The position numbers and the translations under genes are program-made. Below, piece by piece: positions 1 to 10,196 of a DNA stretch of 64,000 nucleotides. Source of the stretch: an uncultured Candidatus Saccharibacteria bacterium (lineage in GTDB: Bacteria; Patescibacteriota; WWE3; UBA101185; UBA10185); NCBI GenBank assembly GCA_964490125.1, contig CAZBAJ010000001.1, positions 3,573 to 67,572 on the forward strand, in the 5' to 3' direction. The stretch's first letter is position 1. Every line of letters begins with the position of its first letter. The notes beneath the pieces were generated by a model. The model worked only from the letters and a program-made list of their open reading frames with translations, ran no database searches and had not been told where the DNA came from.

Positions 1-218
1 AAGACACCGGCTCGCCGGAGGTCCAAATAGCCTTGCTTACGCATAAAATCGACACTTTGTCGGAGCATTTAAAAGTCCACAAAAAAGATAATTCTTCTAG
101 GCGGGGGCTTTTGCAAATGGTGGGTAAGAGGCGCAGGCTAATGACTTATTTAAAAAAGAAAGATGCTGACAGGTTTGAAAAAACCACCAAAAAGGGCAAA
201 AAAGAACCCAAAAAATAA
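1..218 (+). CDS. rpsO: 30S ribosomal protein S15 (5' end cut by window edge)
   Basis: C-terminal S15 signature [34 protein letters not shown]; conserved rpsO-pnp synteny. Confidence 0.8.
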   Translation, partial: DTGSPEVQIALLTHKIDTLSEHLKVHKKDNSSRRGLLQMVGKRRRLMTYLKKKDADRFEKTTKKGKKEPKK

Positions 219-245
219 ACGGGTGCAAGTGTCTTCCACAAAAGT

Positions 246-2498
246 ATGACTAACATTATAAAAAAAGAAATTGACTTTGCGGGCAAAAAGCTTGTGTTAG
301 AAACAGGTCAATTGGCTATTCAGGCTGACTTGGCGGTTAAGGCAAGTTTTGGCGACACAGTAGTTTTGGCAACCGCCGTTAGTGGCGCACCCAACCCGGA
401 TATAGATTTTTTCCCGCTCACTATTAATTACGAAGAAAAACTCTACGCCAGTGGACAAATAAAGTCTTCCAGGTTTGTAAAAAGGGACGGTAGACCCACG
501 GATGACGCGGTAATTGTCAAGCGACTTATTGACCATGCCGTTCGTCCGCTTTTTCCCGGTGATTATATGGATGAGGTTCAGGTTACCTGTACCGTTTTAT
601 CTTTAGACCCACACAGCGACCCCGAGTTTTTAAGCATGATTGCCGTTTCTGCCTGTCTGCATGCGTCAAAGATTCCTTGGCGTGGTCCCATGACTTCTGC
701 TCGGGTGGGTTTTGTGGACGGGGCTTATGTTTTGTGTCCGCCGGTGTATGAAACCAAACCGGATACCAAAATAGACATGATGGTTTCTTTTGCCGGTGAG
801 GATAGAAAATACCTTGCCATGGAGGCAGAAATCGACATATTGCCGGAGGAAAAAGTTTTAGGCGCTATCGATTTTGCCCGCGATAATTTAGAACCTGTGG
901 TTGCGCTAATTAACGACTTTGCTGAAGTGGTTAATCCAAACGGAGAAAAGTATGTTTATGTTTCCAAAAAGGTTGACCCAGAAATGCTTAACGAGGTTAA
1001 AGCCTTAATAAAGGATAGAGTGGCGGAAATGATGGATCAGGCATTTGACAAATTAAAGATAAAAGAGCGACAAGAATTGCTAAAAGCGGAGTTATTTGAA
1101 AAATTTGCGGGTAAGTATAAAAAGAGCGACTTGGCAAGAGCATTTGACGAGGTGGAGAAACACATCTTGCAAGAAACTATATTAGATAAAAATAAGCGCC
1201 CGGATGGTCGTGGACCTTTGGAAATTCGTCCGTTGGAGGCAAGCGTGGGCGTTTTACCAAGAACCCACGGGAGCGCGCTATTTTTTAGAGGTGTCACGCA
1301 AACTTTGACTGTGGCAACTTTAGGGTCAACTTCTTTAGAATTGTTTATTCAAAATATGTACGGCGAGCGCACAAAGAGGTTTATCCATTATTATAATTTT
1401 CCACCGTTTTCCGTTGGAGAAACTGGTAGGACGGGTAGTCCGGGTTCCAGGGAAATTGGTCATGGAATGCTGGCGGAAAAAGCTTTAAGACCGGTAATTC
1501 CGGAGCAGGATGAGTTTCCGTACATGATAATTTTAGTGTCAGAAACTTTGTCGTCCAGCGGATCCAGCTCTATGGCGTCAACCTGCAGTTCTACCTTAGC
1601 TTTAATGGATGCCGGCGTACCTATTAAAGACATTGTTGGTGGCGTAGGCGTAGGTCTTATTACCAACGATGATTTTACCAAGCATGTTATTTTAACGGAC
1701 TTGGCTTATATGGAAGACGCGTTTGGGTTTTTGGACTTTAAGATGACAGGCACTCGCACAGGCGTTACAGCAATCCAAAGTGATATGAAGTTGCCAGGAA
1801 TTCCTATGCACTTATTGCCAAAGATTTTTGAACAGTCGCGCGAGGCTAGGTTAAAAGTAATAGATTTATTGGAGCAGACCATTGCCAAACCACGGCAAGA
1901 AGTTAGCAAGTACGCTCCAAAAGTCATGTCGGTAAAAATTGACCCGGCAAAGATTGGTATGGTTATTGGTTCCGGTGGTAAGACTATAAAAGAGATTGAA
2001 GCAAAAACGGGTTGTGTTTTGGGTATTGAGGACGACGGTAACATTGCGGTTTCTGGTAATGATGAAGAAAAAGTAAAACTGGCTACAGAAATGATTTTAG
2101 GTATTGTTAAGGAGGTTGAGGTGGGAGAAATTTATGACGGCACGGTGCGGGAGGTTGTGGATTTTGGTGCCTTTGTAAACATTTTACCGGGTAAAGATGG
2201 TTTGTTACATGTTAGCGAGATGTCCGGCGAGTTTATAAGTGACCCCAGGTCGGTAATTAAAGAAGGCGATCCGGTTAAAGTTAAAGTTATTGGCGTTGGT
2301 ATGGACGGTAAAATTTCTCTTTCCAAAAAAGCTCTAGAACCGGGTTATGTGCCAAGTGAGCGACCAAGCGGGGGCGGTCGCAGGTCTTCTTCCTTTACTA
2401 GATATCCTGATGACGGACGCAGGTCTACAAATAGACCTCCACGCGATTTTGGCGGTGACCGCGACCGCCCCCGTCGCCCAAGATCTTTTAGCAGGTAG
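246..2498 (+). CDS. pnp: polynucleotide phosphorylase with C-terminal Arg/Gly/Asp-rich tail
   Basis: two RNase PH-like domains, KH (GKTIKEIE) and S1 domain; follows rpsO. Confidence 0.95.
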   Translation: MTNIIKKEIDFAGKKLVLETGQLAIQADLAVKASFGDTVVLATAVSGAPNPDIDFFPLTINYEEKLYASGQIKSSRFVKRDGRPTDDAVIVKRLIDHAVRPLFPGDYMDEVQVTCTVLSLDPHSDPEFLSMIAVSACLHASKIPWRGPMTSARVGFVDGAYVLCPPVYETKPDTKIDMMVSFAGEDRKYLAMEAEIDILPEEKVLGAIDFARDNLEPVVALINDFAEVVNPNGEKYVYVSKKVDPEMLNEVKALIKDRVAEMMDQAFDKLKIKERQELLKAELFEKFAGKYKKSDLARAFDEVEKHILQETILDKNKRPDGRGPLEIRPLEASVGVLPRTHGSALFFRGVTQTLTVATLGSTSLELFIQNMYGERTKRFIHYYNFPPFSVGETGRTGSPGSREIGHGMLAEKALRPVIPEQDEFPYMIILVSETLSSSGSSSMASTCSSTLALMDAGVPIKDIVGGVGVGLITNDDFTKHVILTDLAYMEDAFGFLDFKMTGTRTGVTAIQSDMKLPGIPMHLLPKIFEQSREARLKVIDLLEQTIAKPRQEVSKYAPKVMSVKIDPAKIGMVIGSGGKTIKEIEAKTGCVLGIEDDGNIAVSGNDEEKVKLATEMILGIVKEVEVGEIYDGTVREVVDFGAFVNILPGKDGLLHVSEMSGEFISDPRSVIKEGDPVKVKVIGVGMDGKISLSKKALEPGYVPSERPSGGGRRSSSFTRYPDDGRRSTNRPPRDFGGDRDRPRRPRSFSR

Positions 2499-2518
2499 GG
2501 ACAGATTTACCCTTTGTG

Positions 2519-2554
2519 TTGTTATAAAGTAATCAGTCCTCTATAATCAAGTCA
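2519..2554 (+). promoter_or_regulatory. promoter TTGTTA-17-TATAAT placing TSS at the ATG of the Lon-like gene (leaderless)
   Basis: -35 2519-2524, -10 2542-2547, ATG 2554 (6 nt after -10). Confidence 0.45.
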
Positions 2555-3678
2555 TGCCAGAAATAAAATTAGCTAAGTCCGACAAAAGCGTTATGTTCGA
2601 TAAGTCCATCCTCACAAGTCAGCCACAAAAATTTGAATTTGCAGAACTAGACGCGCTAGCCCAAAAAGTCGCCAAAGTTGAGGGCATGCCAAAAGAGTTA
2701 CGGGAGCGCATAGACAAAATGCTGAATCGGCTTAACCGCATGGCGCAAACCGGTGGTTACGCGGAGCAGTTTGACAATATTTCTCGGTATGTGGACACCG
2801 TGTCGTCAATTCCTTGGGTGGTTACAACTAAAGATCAACTGGACTTGGCAGAAACAAAAAAGTTGTTGGACAAAAATCACTTTGGCATGGAAACTACCAA
2901 AGAAAGAATTTTAGAATATTTGGCGACGATGAAACTGATGCAACGCCAGGGGGAGGACGCGGTGGCGCGCTCGCCAATTTTGCTGTTTGTAGGGCTCCAG
3001 GGTATTGGTAAAACTACTTTGGCAATTTCCATTGCAGAGGCGATGGGTCGCAAGTTTGTGCGTATCGCTATGGGCGCTATAGGTTCCGTTTTGGAGTTGC
3101 GTGGACGAAGTAAAGTGTATCCGGAGGCAGAACCGGGGCAAATTATTAAAGCGCTTATTAAAACCCAAGTGAAAAATCCGCTAATTTTGCTTGACGAAAT
3201 TGAAAAAGCTTCCGGCGAATCGGGTTTGCGGGCTGATGTTATGGCAACGCTTTTGGAAATTTTGGATCCCGCGCAAAACATCGAGTTTAGAGATCATTAT
3301 GTGGACTTTCCCGTCGACCTTAGCGATGTCATGTTTATTTGTTCTGCTAACAATTTAGGTACACTCTCCACCGCGCTTATGGACAGGATGGAGATCATCA
3401 AGCTTACTTCGTACACCGATCCGGAAAAAATTGCTATCGCTAGGGATTATTTATTTCCTAAAGTCGTTGCTAAATCAGGGCTTCAACCGGAGGAGCTTAA
3501 AATTGACCCGGATTTGTGGCCAAATATTGTACGACCATTTGGGTTTGATTCCGGCATTAGAAGTTTAAATCGTACGCTTGACGCTATTTGTAGAAAAGTC
3601 GCCAAAGAGATTGTGGAAGGCAAGTCGACTAGTGTTACTATAAACGCGTCAAACCTAAAGGAATATTTGCCAAAATAG
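2554..3678 (+). CDS. Lon-family AAA+ ATPase module lacking N-terminal LON domain and C-terminal S16 peptidase domain
   Basis: collinear with the Lon central region (ELRERI helical region, Walker A GLQGIGKTTLAISIA, LLDEIEK Walker B, sensor-2 region); only 374 aa and no Ser-Lys peptidase domain. Confidence 0.8.
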   Translation: MPEIKLAKSDKSVMFDKSILTSQPQKFEFAELDALAQKVAKVEGMPKELRERIDKMLNRLNRMAQTGGYAEQFDNISRYVDTVSSIPWVVTTKDQLDLAETKKLLDKNHFGMETTKERILEYLATMKLMQRQGEDAVARSPILLFVGLQGIGKTTLAISIAEAMGRKFVRIAMGAIGSVLELRGRSKVYPEAEPGQIIKALIKTQVKNPLILLDEIEKASGESGLRADVMATLLEILDPAQNIEFRDHYVDFPVDLSDVMFICSANNLGTLSTALMDRMEIIKLTSYTDPEKIAIARDYLFPKVVAKSGLQPEELKIDPDLWPNIVRPFGFDSGIRSLNRTLDAICRKVAKEIVEGKSTSVTINASNLKEYLPK

Positions 3679-3704
3679 GCCCAGGTCGATTGGTAATTAA
3701 ATCA

Positions 3705-4370
3705 ATGGATAAAGAGTTTTTACTTAAAGAAATTGAGAAGAGTATTAAAAGTTGCACCAAGTGTCGACTTTATAAAACCGCCACAAATGCCGTACCCGGT
3801 GAGGGAAATCCCAATAGCCAACTTGTATTTATAGGTGAGGCGCCAGGAGAAACCGAAGATCAAACCGGTCGACCTTTTGTGGGGCGGGCGGGGCGACTTT
3901 TGGAAACCTTACTTGCAAAAATCGGTTACAAGCGGGAAGATGTTTGGATTGGCAATATTATTAAGCACCGCCCGCCCCAAAACCGCGATCCGCTCCCCGA
4001 CGAAATCCTAGCCTGTCAACCTTACCTTGCCGAGCAACTAAAAATCATGTCGCCCAAACTTATTGTTACACTTGGTCGCTTTGCCTTGTCACACTTTTAT
4101 AGTGATGGTAAAATATCCCGTGATAAAGGAAATTTGATTCAAACTGCCAAGTTTAGCGTTTTTCCCGTTTATCACCCGGCGGCTGCTTTAAGAAGTCCAC
4201 AAATGTATAAAGACCTAGAAAACGATTTTTTAAAAATTCCGGCGGTTTTGGCAAATTTAGCCCTTACAAAAAATCTAAAACAGGGTAAACTAAATATGTC
4301 GACAAATTTGGAGAAAGGGAACAAGCAACCGTACGACAACGAGAAAGACGGTCAACAAAGACTTATATAG
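3705..4370 (+). CDS. uracil-DNA glycosylase, family 4
   Basis: CTKCRLYKTATNAVPGEGNPNSQLVFIGEAPGETED...GRAGRLL motif set typical of family-4 UDG; ATG at 3705 preferred over upstream TTG at 3690. Confidence 0.85.
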   Translation: MDKEFLLKEIEKSIKSCTKCRLYKTATNAVPGEGNPNSQLVFIGEAPGETEDQTGRPFVGRAGRLLETLLAKIGYKREDVWIGNIIKHRPPQNRDPLPDEILACQPYLAEQLKIMSPKLIVTLGRFALSHFYSDGKISRDKGNLIQTAKFSVFPVYHPAAALRSPQMYKDLENDFLKIPAVLANLALTKNLKQGKLNMSTNLEKGNKQPYDNEKDGQQRLI

Positions 4371-4372
4371 CT

Positions 4373-6070
4373 ATGCAATTATACGACTCTAATGCCGGCA
4401 AGCCCGCGCTTAAAATAATAACCTTAAGTGGTACAGAAAATGTCACCAAAAATTTAACCGTTTATGATTGTGGCGACGATATTATCGCGGTTGATTGTGG
4501 GATAGGCTTTCCCGATTCCGATATGCGTGGTGTGGATCTAGTTTTGCCGGATTTTACCTATCTAAAAGAAAACTCCCACCGATTTAAAGCGCTGTTTATA
4601 ACCCACGGACATGAGGATCATTTGGGCGCGGTACCTTACCTATTGCAGGAAGTTAATGTACCAATTTATTCGTCCCAACTTGTTTTGGGTTTTCTAACGG
4701 ACAGACTTAAAGAAAAATTTGACGAAAAACTTACCGGCATTTCTCTAAACACGCTTGACCCTACTACCAAAGATGTCCAGATTGGCAATTTTAAGGTGTC
4801 GGCTTTTAGAATTAACCACAGCGTTCCGCGTTCCATGGGTTTAGCTATTACTACGCCTCAAGGCACGGTTTTGCACATGGCGGACTATAAAATTGACTGG
4901 ACGCCGGTATTAGACCAGCCTATTGACCTTGGAAAAATTGCCCGCTACGGGGATGACGGGGTTTTGTGTTTACTGTCTGACTGTTTGGGGGCGACTACGG
5001 AAGGCTACTCAAAGTCGGAACAAACTCTAAACGATACTTTTGGCGATCTTTTTGAAGAAAAAGAAGGCAGGCAAATGCTTATAACCACCATCTCGTCAAA
5101 CATTTCCAGAATGCACCAAATTATTGTCGCTGCGCTAAAGCATAATCGTAAAATCGTTTTAGCAGGTCGGTCCATAGACCAAAGTATGCGGGTTGCTATG
5201 AATTTAGGTTATGTTAATTACGACAAGGATATTTTTGTGTCCGATAAAGACGCGTCAAGCTTTGCCAAAAATGAATTGGTATATATTATTGCCGGCTGTT
5301 ACGGTCAACAGGGTTCCGCGTTGGATAGGGTAGCTCGTAATCAGCACGACAATATACAGTTGCAGAAAGATGCGGTGGTAATTTTTTCCGCTGACCCCAG
5401 TCCGCCAAGTGTAAGAGAAGATGTTGAGCGACTTATTGATACGCTGACTCTTGAAGGCGCGGAGGTTATTTACGGCGCTATTCAGGAAAATTTGCATGTT
5501 TCTGGTCATGGCCCGCGCGGGGATTTAATTACTGTTGCCAGTGTTGCCCGGCCAAAATATTTTATTCCTATTGGCGGAACCGTTTCTAAAATGCGTGCTT
5601 ACACCAACATGGTAGAGGCCTTAGGTTACACAGAAAAATCGGTTTTTGAATCGCGTGAGGGCGAGTCCGTAATCTTTGAAAACGGTCAAGCTAAAAAAGG
5701 TCCCACAATAGAAACAGAGCTTATTATGGTAGGACAAAATGGGGAAGGTGAAATCCACGAAACTGTTGTAAAAGACCGCCAACGACTAGCTAACGACGGT
5801 GTTTTTGTGGTCATTCTGCCGGTGTCCAAAGATAAAAAGAAGTTGGTGGGCAAAGTAGAGGCGGTTACTAGAGGCTTTGTGTTTGTAAAGGAGTCTAAAG
5901 AACTTTTGGACAAGTCGACCCAGTTTGTAACAAAAGCCTTTGAAAAACACATAGCCAAAAGCGACGATTGGGGTCACTTGCGTTTTAAACTAGAGCGGGA
6001 AATCCAACAATATCTCCAAAAAGAAACCGGTGCCACACCATTGGTACTAGTCCACTCGATTGTGGTTTAG
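4373..6070 (+). CDS. rnj: ribonuclease J (metallo-beta-lactamase / beta-CASP)
   Basis: HGHEDHLGAVPYLL metal-binding motif, beta-CASP region, length about 565 aa. Confidence 0.9.
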   Translation: MQLYDSNAGKPALKIITLSGTENVTKNLTVYDCGDDIIAVDCGIGFPDSDMRGVDLVLPDFTYLKENSHRFKALFITHGHEDHLGAVPYLLQEVNVPIYSSQLVLGFLTDRLKEKFDEKLTGISLNTLDPTTKDVQIGNFKVSAFRINHSVPRSMGLAITTPQGTVLHMADYKIDWTPVLDQPIDLGKIARYGDDGVLCLLSDCLGATTEGYSKSEQTLNDTFGDLFEEKEGRQMLITTISSNISRMHQIIVAALKHNRKIVLAGRSIDQSMRVAMNLGYVNYDKDIFVSDKDASSFAKNELVYIIAGCYGQQGSALDRVARNQHDNIQLQKDAVVIFSADPSPPSVREDVERLIDTLTLEGAEVIYGAIQENLHVSGHGPRGDLITVASVARPKYFIPIGGTVSKMRAYTNMVEALGYTEKSVFESREGESVIFENGQAKKGPTIETELIMVGQNGEGEIHETVVKDRQRLANDGVFVVILPVSKDKKKLVGKVEAVTRGFVFVKESKELLDKSTQFVTKAFEKHIAKSDDWGHLRFKLEREIQQYLQKETGATPLVLVHSIVV

Positions 6071-6086
6071 AGTTACTCCCAGAAAA

Positions 6087-6103
6087 TGGTATTATATCCG
6101 TAA
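6087..6103 (+). promoter_or_regulatory. extended -10 TGgTATTAT immediately upstream of ftsK ATG (leaderless candidate)
   Basis: TG 6087-88, TATTAT 6090-6095, ATG 6103. Confidence 0.45.
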
Positions 6104-8367
6104 TGCCTAGAGGACGAAAAAAGTCGTTAAAATTTAAGCTAAAAGCGGATACCTTTAAATCCATTGTAGGGATCTTTTTTATTTTCTTTTCCGCCCTATC
6201 GTATGTGGCGTTTGTTCTGCCCGACTACTCCGTCAACAGTACCATTAACGCCGTTTATCGAAGATTTTTTGGTTACAGCGCGTATTTAATTCCGCTCCTC
6301 TTTTTATTTTCCGGTTTATTATTAGTAGGTTTTAGGTGGCGACTTTTGCAGGCGCGGATTTTTATTGGCATTTTGGCGGTAGCAATTTCGTCGTCCGCCT
6401 TACTGCATGTATTTTATTCCGGCAAAGAGGCGTACAAGGTGGCAGTTAGGGGCGACGGTGGGGGACTTATCGGCTATAAACTTTCTCAAGGGCTTTCCGA
6501 TGCCATTAGCACCTACGGCGCCTTTTTTGTTTTTGGCTTTATTTTGCTTGCCGGTGTGCTACTGCTTAGCGACATTTCCACCGAACGGGTAATTGAGTTT
6601 GTTAATAATCTGGTCGACAAAATAAAAGGTGTTAAAATGCCAAATTTAGGATTAAAGTTGCCCGCTTTAGCCAAAACCGCAATCTCCACCGTACCCGCTA
6701 CTATTATAGAGGCCGACGCAGTGGTTATAAATGAGGAACCAAAATCAGTCGCGTCTAAAGAAGTCGCACAAGAAACAAGCCCAGTGGAGATTTTACCCCC
6801 GCCGTCCGAACCCGCGTCGCAAAAACTAAACGGAGCTTTAATAACAACGGACAAGGGTAAAACGGAGCTTACCACTTTAGCCCCAACGGAAAAAGATCCA
6901 AGCAGTCTGCCTTATTCCAATAAGGTTTGGGAATACCCGCCCCACGACCTGTTGGTAGAAGCGCCTCATACCACCTTTGACACCAACGAAGTCAAACGCC
7001 GACAAAAAACCATAGAGGAAACCCTAAAAAGTTTTGGCATTCGCGTGGATCAGGCAGGCTACAATGTTGGACCAACCGTTACCCAGTACGCCTACAGTGT
7101 TCCGCCAGGCACCCGGATTGCCAAAATTAACAATTTGCAGGTAGATCTTGCCATGGCGCTTGAGTCCCCAACTGGTTCCGTGCGGTTAGAAATTCCTATT
7201 CCCGGGCGCAATGCTATTGGTGTGGAAGTCCCTAATTTAATAAAAAGTTTTGTCTATTTTAAGGATATTTTGGACAGCGACCAAATGAAGGCCATGAAGT
7301 CCAAAATCTCCGTGGGCCTGGGCAAAGATGTTGGTGGTATGGTGCGTACTTACGACATAGCCAAAATGCCTCACTTGTTAGTGGCGGGTGCTACGGGTTC
7401 GGGCAAATCAGTATTTTTGCACTCTATTTTGTTTTCCATTTTGTATCGGGCTAGTCCGCAAGAAGTCAAATTTATTTTAATCGACCCCAAAAGAGTAGAG
7501 CTACTTAATTATAATGGTATTCCACATTTAATTTCCCCGGTCATTACCGACATGGAAAAAGCCCCCAGTGCCTTTAGATGGGCGGTTAACGAGATGACCC
7601 GGAGGTATCAATTGTTTGAAAAAGCCCGCGCCCGCAACATAGACTCCTATAATGAAAAATCGGGTTTTCAGGCGCTACCGCACATTATTATAATGGTAGA
7701 CGAGCTGGCCGACTTAATGGTAGTAGATCCGGCATCGGTGGAGCACAGCATTGTGCGACTAAGTCAGCTTTCCCGCGCTACGGGTATTCATATGATTTTA
7801 ACCGTCCAACGCCCGTCCACAGATATTTTAACAGGTGTTATTAAAGCTAATATTCCTTGTCGCGCTGCGTTTAATGTTACTTCCCAAGTAGACTCGCGGG
7901 TTATTATTGACCAAGCCGGCGCAGAAAAATTAGTGGGTAGAGGGGATATGCTTTTTGTTCCGCCCGATGTCGCAAAGCCTATTAGAATTCAGGGTTGTTG
8001 GATTAGCGATGGGGAAATTGGCAAACTGGTGGACTGGTTAAGAAATACCGGCTTTATTCCGGATTATAAAGAAGAAGTTTTGGATACTCCGGATGAAGAA
8101 AAAAAGTCCGGGGCTACAATAGACGGTAAAGAGGTAGACGAAAGATACGAAGAAGCTAAAGATGTGGTTATAACTACCGGCAAAGCGTCCACCTCCTTTT
8201 TACAACGCCGGCTGTCTCTTGGTTACGCTAGGGCTGCCAGAATTATGGATCAACTTCAGGAAAATGGCGTAATTTCCGCGCAGGAAGCGGGTAGAGATCG
8301 CCAAGTTTTAATATCGTCAAACGGAAATAACAGGGATTTAGATTTTATTGACAATCTACCCGAGTAA
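6103..8367 (+). CDS. ftsK: DNA translocase FtsK/SpoIIIE
   Basis: N-terminal TM helices, GATGSGKSVFLHSIL Walker A, C-terminal gamma (wHTH) domain. Confidence 0.9.
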   Translation: MPRGRKKSLKFKLKADTFKSIVGIFFIFFSALSYVAFVLPDYSVNSTINAVYRRFFGYSAYLIPLLFLFSGLLLVGFRWRLLQARIFIGILAVAISSSALLHVFYSGKEAYKVAVRGDGGGLIGYKLSQGLSDAISTYGAFFVFGFILLAGVLLLSDISTERVIEFVNNLVDKIKGVKMPNLGLKLPALAKTAISTVPATIIEADAVVINEEPKSVASKEVAQETSPVEILPPPSEPASQKLNGALITTDKGKTELTTLAPTEKDPSSLPYSNKVWEYPPHDLLVEAPHTTFDTNEVKRRQKTIEETLKSFGIRVDQAGYNVGPTVTQYAYSVPPGTRIAKINNLQVDLAMALESPTGSVRLEIPIPGRNAIGVEVPNLIKSFVYFKDILDSDQMKAMKSKISVGLGKDVGGMVRTYDIAKMPHLLVAGATGSGKSVFLHSILFSILYRASPQEVKFILIDPKRVELLNYNGIPHLISPVITDMEKAPSAFRWAVNEMTRRYQLFEKARARNIDSYNEKSGFQALPHIIIMVDELADLMVVDPASVEHSIVRLSQLSRATGIHMILTVQRPSTDILTGVIKANIPCRAAFNVTSQVDSRVIIDQAGAEKLVGRGDMLFVPPDVAKPIRIQGCWISDGEIGKLVDWLRNTGFIPDYKEEVLDTPDEEKKSGATIDGKEVDERYEEAKDVVITTGKASTSFLQRRLSLGYARAARIMDQLQENGVISAQEAGRDRQVLISSNGNNRDLDFIDNLPE

Positions 8368-8389
8368 TGAAATACTCAAACTACTGCCT

Positions 8390-8659
8390 ATGGATATTCA
8401 ACTTGCCTTTGTAATATTGGTCGCTTTGCTTACTGGTTCTGCCATTGTGGTTAGTGTGTATGTAATTTTTGTTTTAAAAGATTTCCGTTTAACTATTCAA
8501 AAAGCTAATTCAATTTTGGACGACGCCCAGCAGGTTACGGATTCCGTTAAACGCCCGGTTAGTAGCATTATGAGTTTGGTGGACGGGGCAGTGCGGGGAA
8601 TTAAAGCAGCAAAGAGTGTTAAATCCATTGTTAGTTTGTGGGATAAGGAGGAAAAATAA
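8390..8659 (+). CDS. small membrane protein, DUF948-like
   Basis: single TM helix followed by a coiled region; ATG at 8390 chosen because ORF-track TTG start at 8348 overlaps ftsK. Confidence 0.5.
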   Translation: MDIQLAFVILVALLTGSAIVVSVYVIFVLKDFRLTIQKANSILDDAQQVTDSVKRPVSSIMSLVDGAVRGIKAAKSVKSIVSLWDKEEK

Positions 8660-9124
8660 ATGTGTAACGACAATAAAAATTCATCGGCGGTTAGTTTTGG
8701 TTTGGGTGCTTTAATTGGGGCCGGTGCGGGAGTATTTTTGTCGACTAAAAAAGGCAGAAAAATGGTAAAACAGGCGTGGAAGCAAGTAGAGCCGTATGTT
8801 GGCGACGCGGTAGACACGGCAAAAGATGAGTTTGAGGAAGTAAAAGGCAAAGCTAAAATTAAAGTGGAAGAATTAAAAGTAAAAGCGGAAGATTTTAGAC
8901 TAAAAGCAGAAGACACAGCGCAGGATTTAAAGCACAGGGCGGACGACGCACTTAGGGACTTTGAATCCAGAACGGAAAATTTTAAAGACCGCGCCGAGGA
9001 TTTTAAATCTAAGGCGGAGGATGAAGTAGATAGAAAAATTTCCCAAATTAGGGACATTGCGGACGAAAAGTTACCACCTTCGTTCAAGAAACCCGTAAAA
9101 CGAACCTTCTTCAAAGGTGTTTAA
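8660..9124 (+). CDS. YtxH-like membrane-anchored coiled protein
   Basis: N-terminal GxxxG-rich helix (GLGALIGAGAGVFL) followed by charged coiled repeats; paired with preceding DUF948-like gene. Confidence 0.55.
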   Translation: MCNDNKNSSAVSFGLGALIGAGAGVFLSTKKGRKMVKQAWKQVEPYVGDAVDTAKDEFEEVKGKAKIKVEELKVKAEDFRLKAEDTAQDLKHRADDALRDFESRTENFKDRAEDFKSKAEDEVDRKISQIRDIADEKLPPSFKKPVKRTFFKGV

Positions 9125-9180
9125 GAGTGGGTATTTCTAATTTTTATTTTATCAGTACATATTCCAAGACAGCTTTTCAG

Positions 9181-9197
9181 TGTGTATAATGTTCCCA
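9181..9197 (+). promoter_or_regulatory. TGTGTATAAT -10 element 6 nt upstream of AKR ATG (leaderless candidate)
   Basis: TATAAT 9185-9190, ATG 9197. Confidence 0.45.
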
Positions 9198-10066
9198 TGG
9201 AAATACCTACAAAGAAATTGAAGTGTGGTTTTGAAATGCCTGTTTACGGTTTGGGAACTTGGCAGATGGGCGGAAGAAAGGAAGCCGATCCACTAAACGA
9301 CGATAAAGCCGACATCGATGCGATTAGATACGCAATAGATCGTGGGGTTACCCACTTGGATACGGCAGAAAATTACGCAGCGGGTCATTCGGAAGAATTG
9401 TTGGGGCAGGCAATAAAGGGTTACGACCGTGATAAATTGTTTATTGTTTCCAAAGTCGGTAGAACAAAACTTAAACACAACGATTTAATCCAGTCAGCTG
9501 AAGAAAGTTTAAAGAGAATAGGTACTGCTTACCTCGATCTTTTTTTGATCCACGCGCCTAGTTTGGAAATACCCATTCAGGAAAGTATGAAAGCTATGAA
9601 TGAGTTGTTAAAAAGAGGCTTGGTTAGAAATATCGGCGTGAGCAATTTTACTGTAGAAAGATTTGTCGAAGCCCAAAAATGTTCCGAGTCTAAGATTGTA
9701 GCTAACCAGCTACATTTAAACCTTAAATATAGGGAAGCGGAAAGAAAGGGACTGTTGAGATATTGTCAGGAAAACGATGTTATGTTTATTGCGTGGAGAC
9801 CTTTGCAGAAGGGGGTTCTTTTAGCTGAAACGCCCGCTATTTTGAAGGATATGTGCGACAAATACAATAAAACACCAAGTCAGATAGCCATAAATTGGCT
9901 AATTAGCCAGAACAATGTTGTGACTTTATCTAAGACAAGAGATAAAAGTCATCTGGACGAGAATCTTGGAGCTTTTGGTTGGGAGATGGATAAATCCGAT
10001 GTTGAGAAATTAAGGACGGAGTTTCCGAATCAAGAGGATGTTTCCGACGCCGTCCCTCTGGTTTAG
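9197..10066 (+). CDS. aldo/keto reductase
   Basis: YGLGTW...G...HLDTAENY AKR signature; ATG at 9197 (ORF-track GTG at 9182 lies inside the -10 box). Confidence 0.85.
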   Translation: MEIPTKKLKCGFEMPVYGLGTWQMGGRKEADPLNDDKADIDAIRYAIDRGVTHLDTAENYAAGHSEELLGQAIKGYDRDKLFIVSKVGRTKLKHNDLIQSAEESLKRIGTAYLDLFLIHAPSLEIPIQESMKAMNELLKRGLVRNIGVSNFTVERFVEAQKCSESKIVANQLHLNLKYREAERKGLLRYCQENDVMFIAWRPLQKGVLLAETPAILKDMCDKYNKTPSQIAINWLISQNNVVTLSKTRDKSHLDENLGAFGWEMDKSDVEKLRTEFPNQEDVSDAVPLV

Positions 10067-10196
10067 TACCCCACCCTTTTGGCACTTTCTGGTTTTTTGT
10101 CCAGCTGTTAACGCCGTTACAACAAGGTTAAACGCCCCTCTGGACAAATATAAAATTGGACTTTACATTTGTCCAAGTAAGGTATAAACTGCCAGT

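Noticed and set aside
297-2326. Several minus-strand ORFs (79-112 aa) inside pnp
   Set aside because: Antisense to a highly conserved full-length PNPase; low-complexity translations; no independent signals.
2347-2532. 61-aa plus-strand ORF overlapping the pnp 3' end
   Set aside because: Alternate frame of the RGG-tail region of pnp; spurious.
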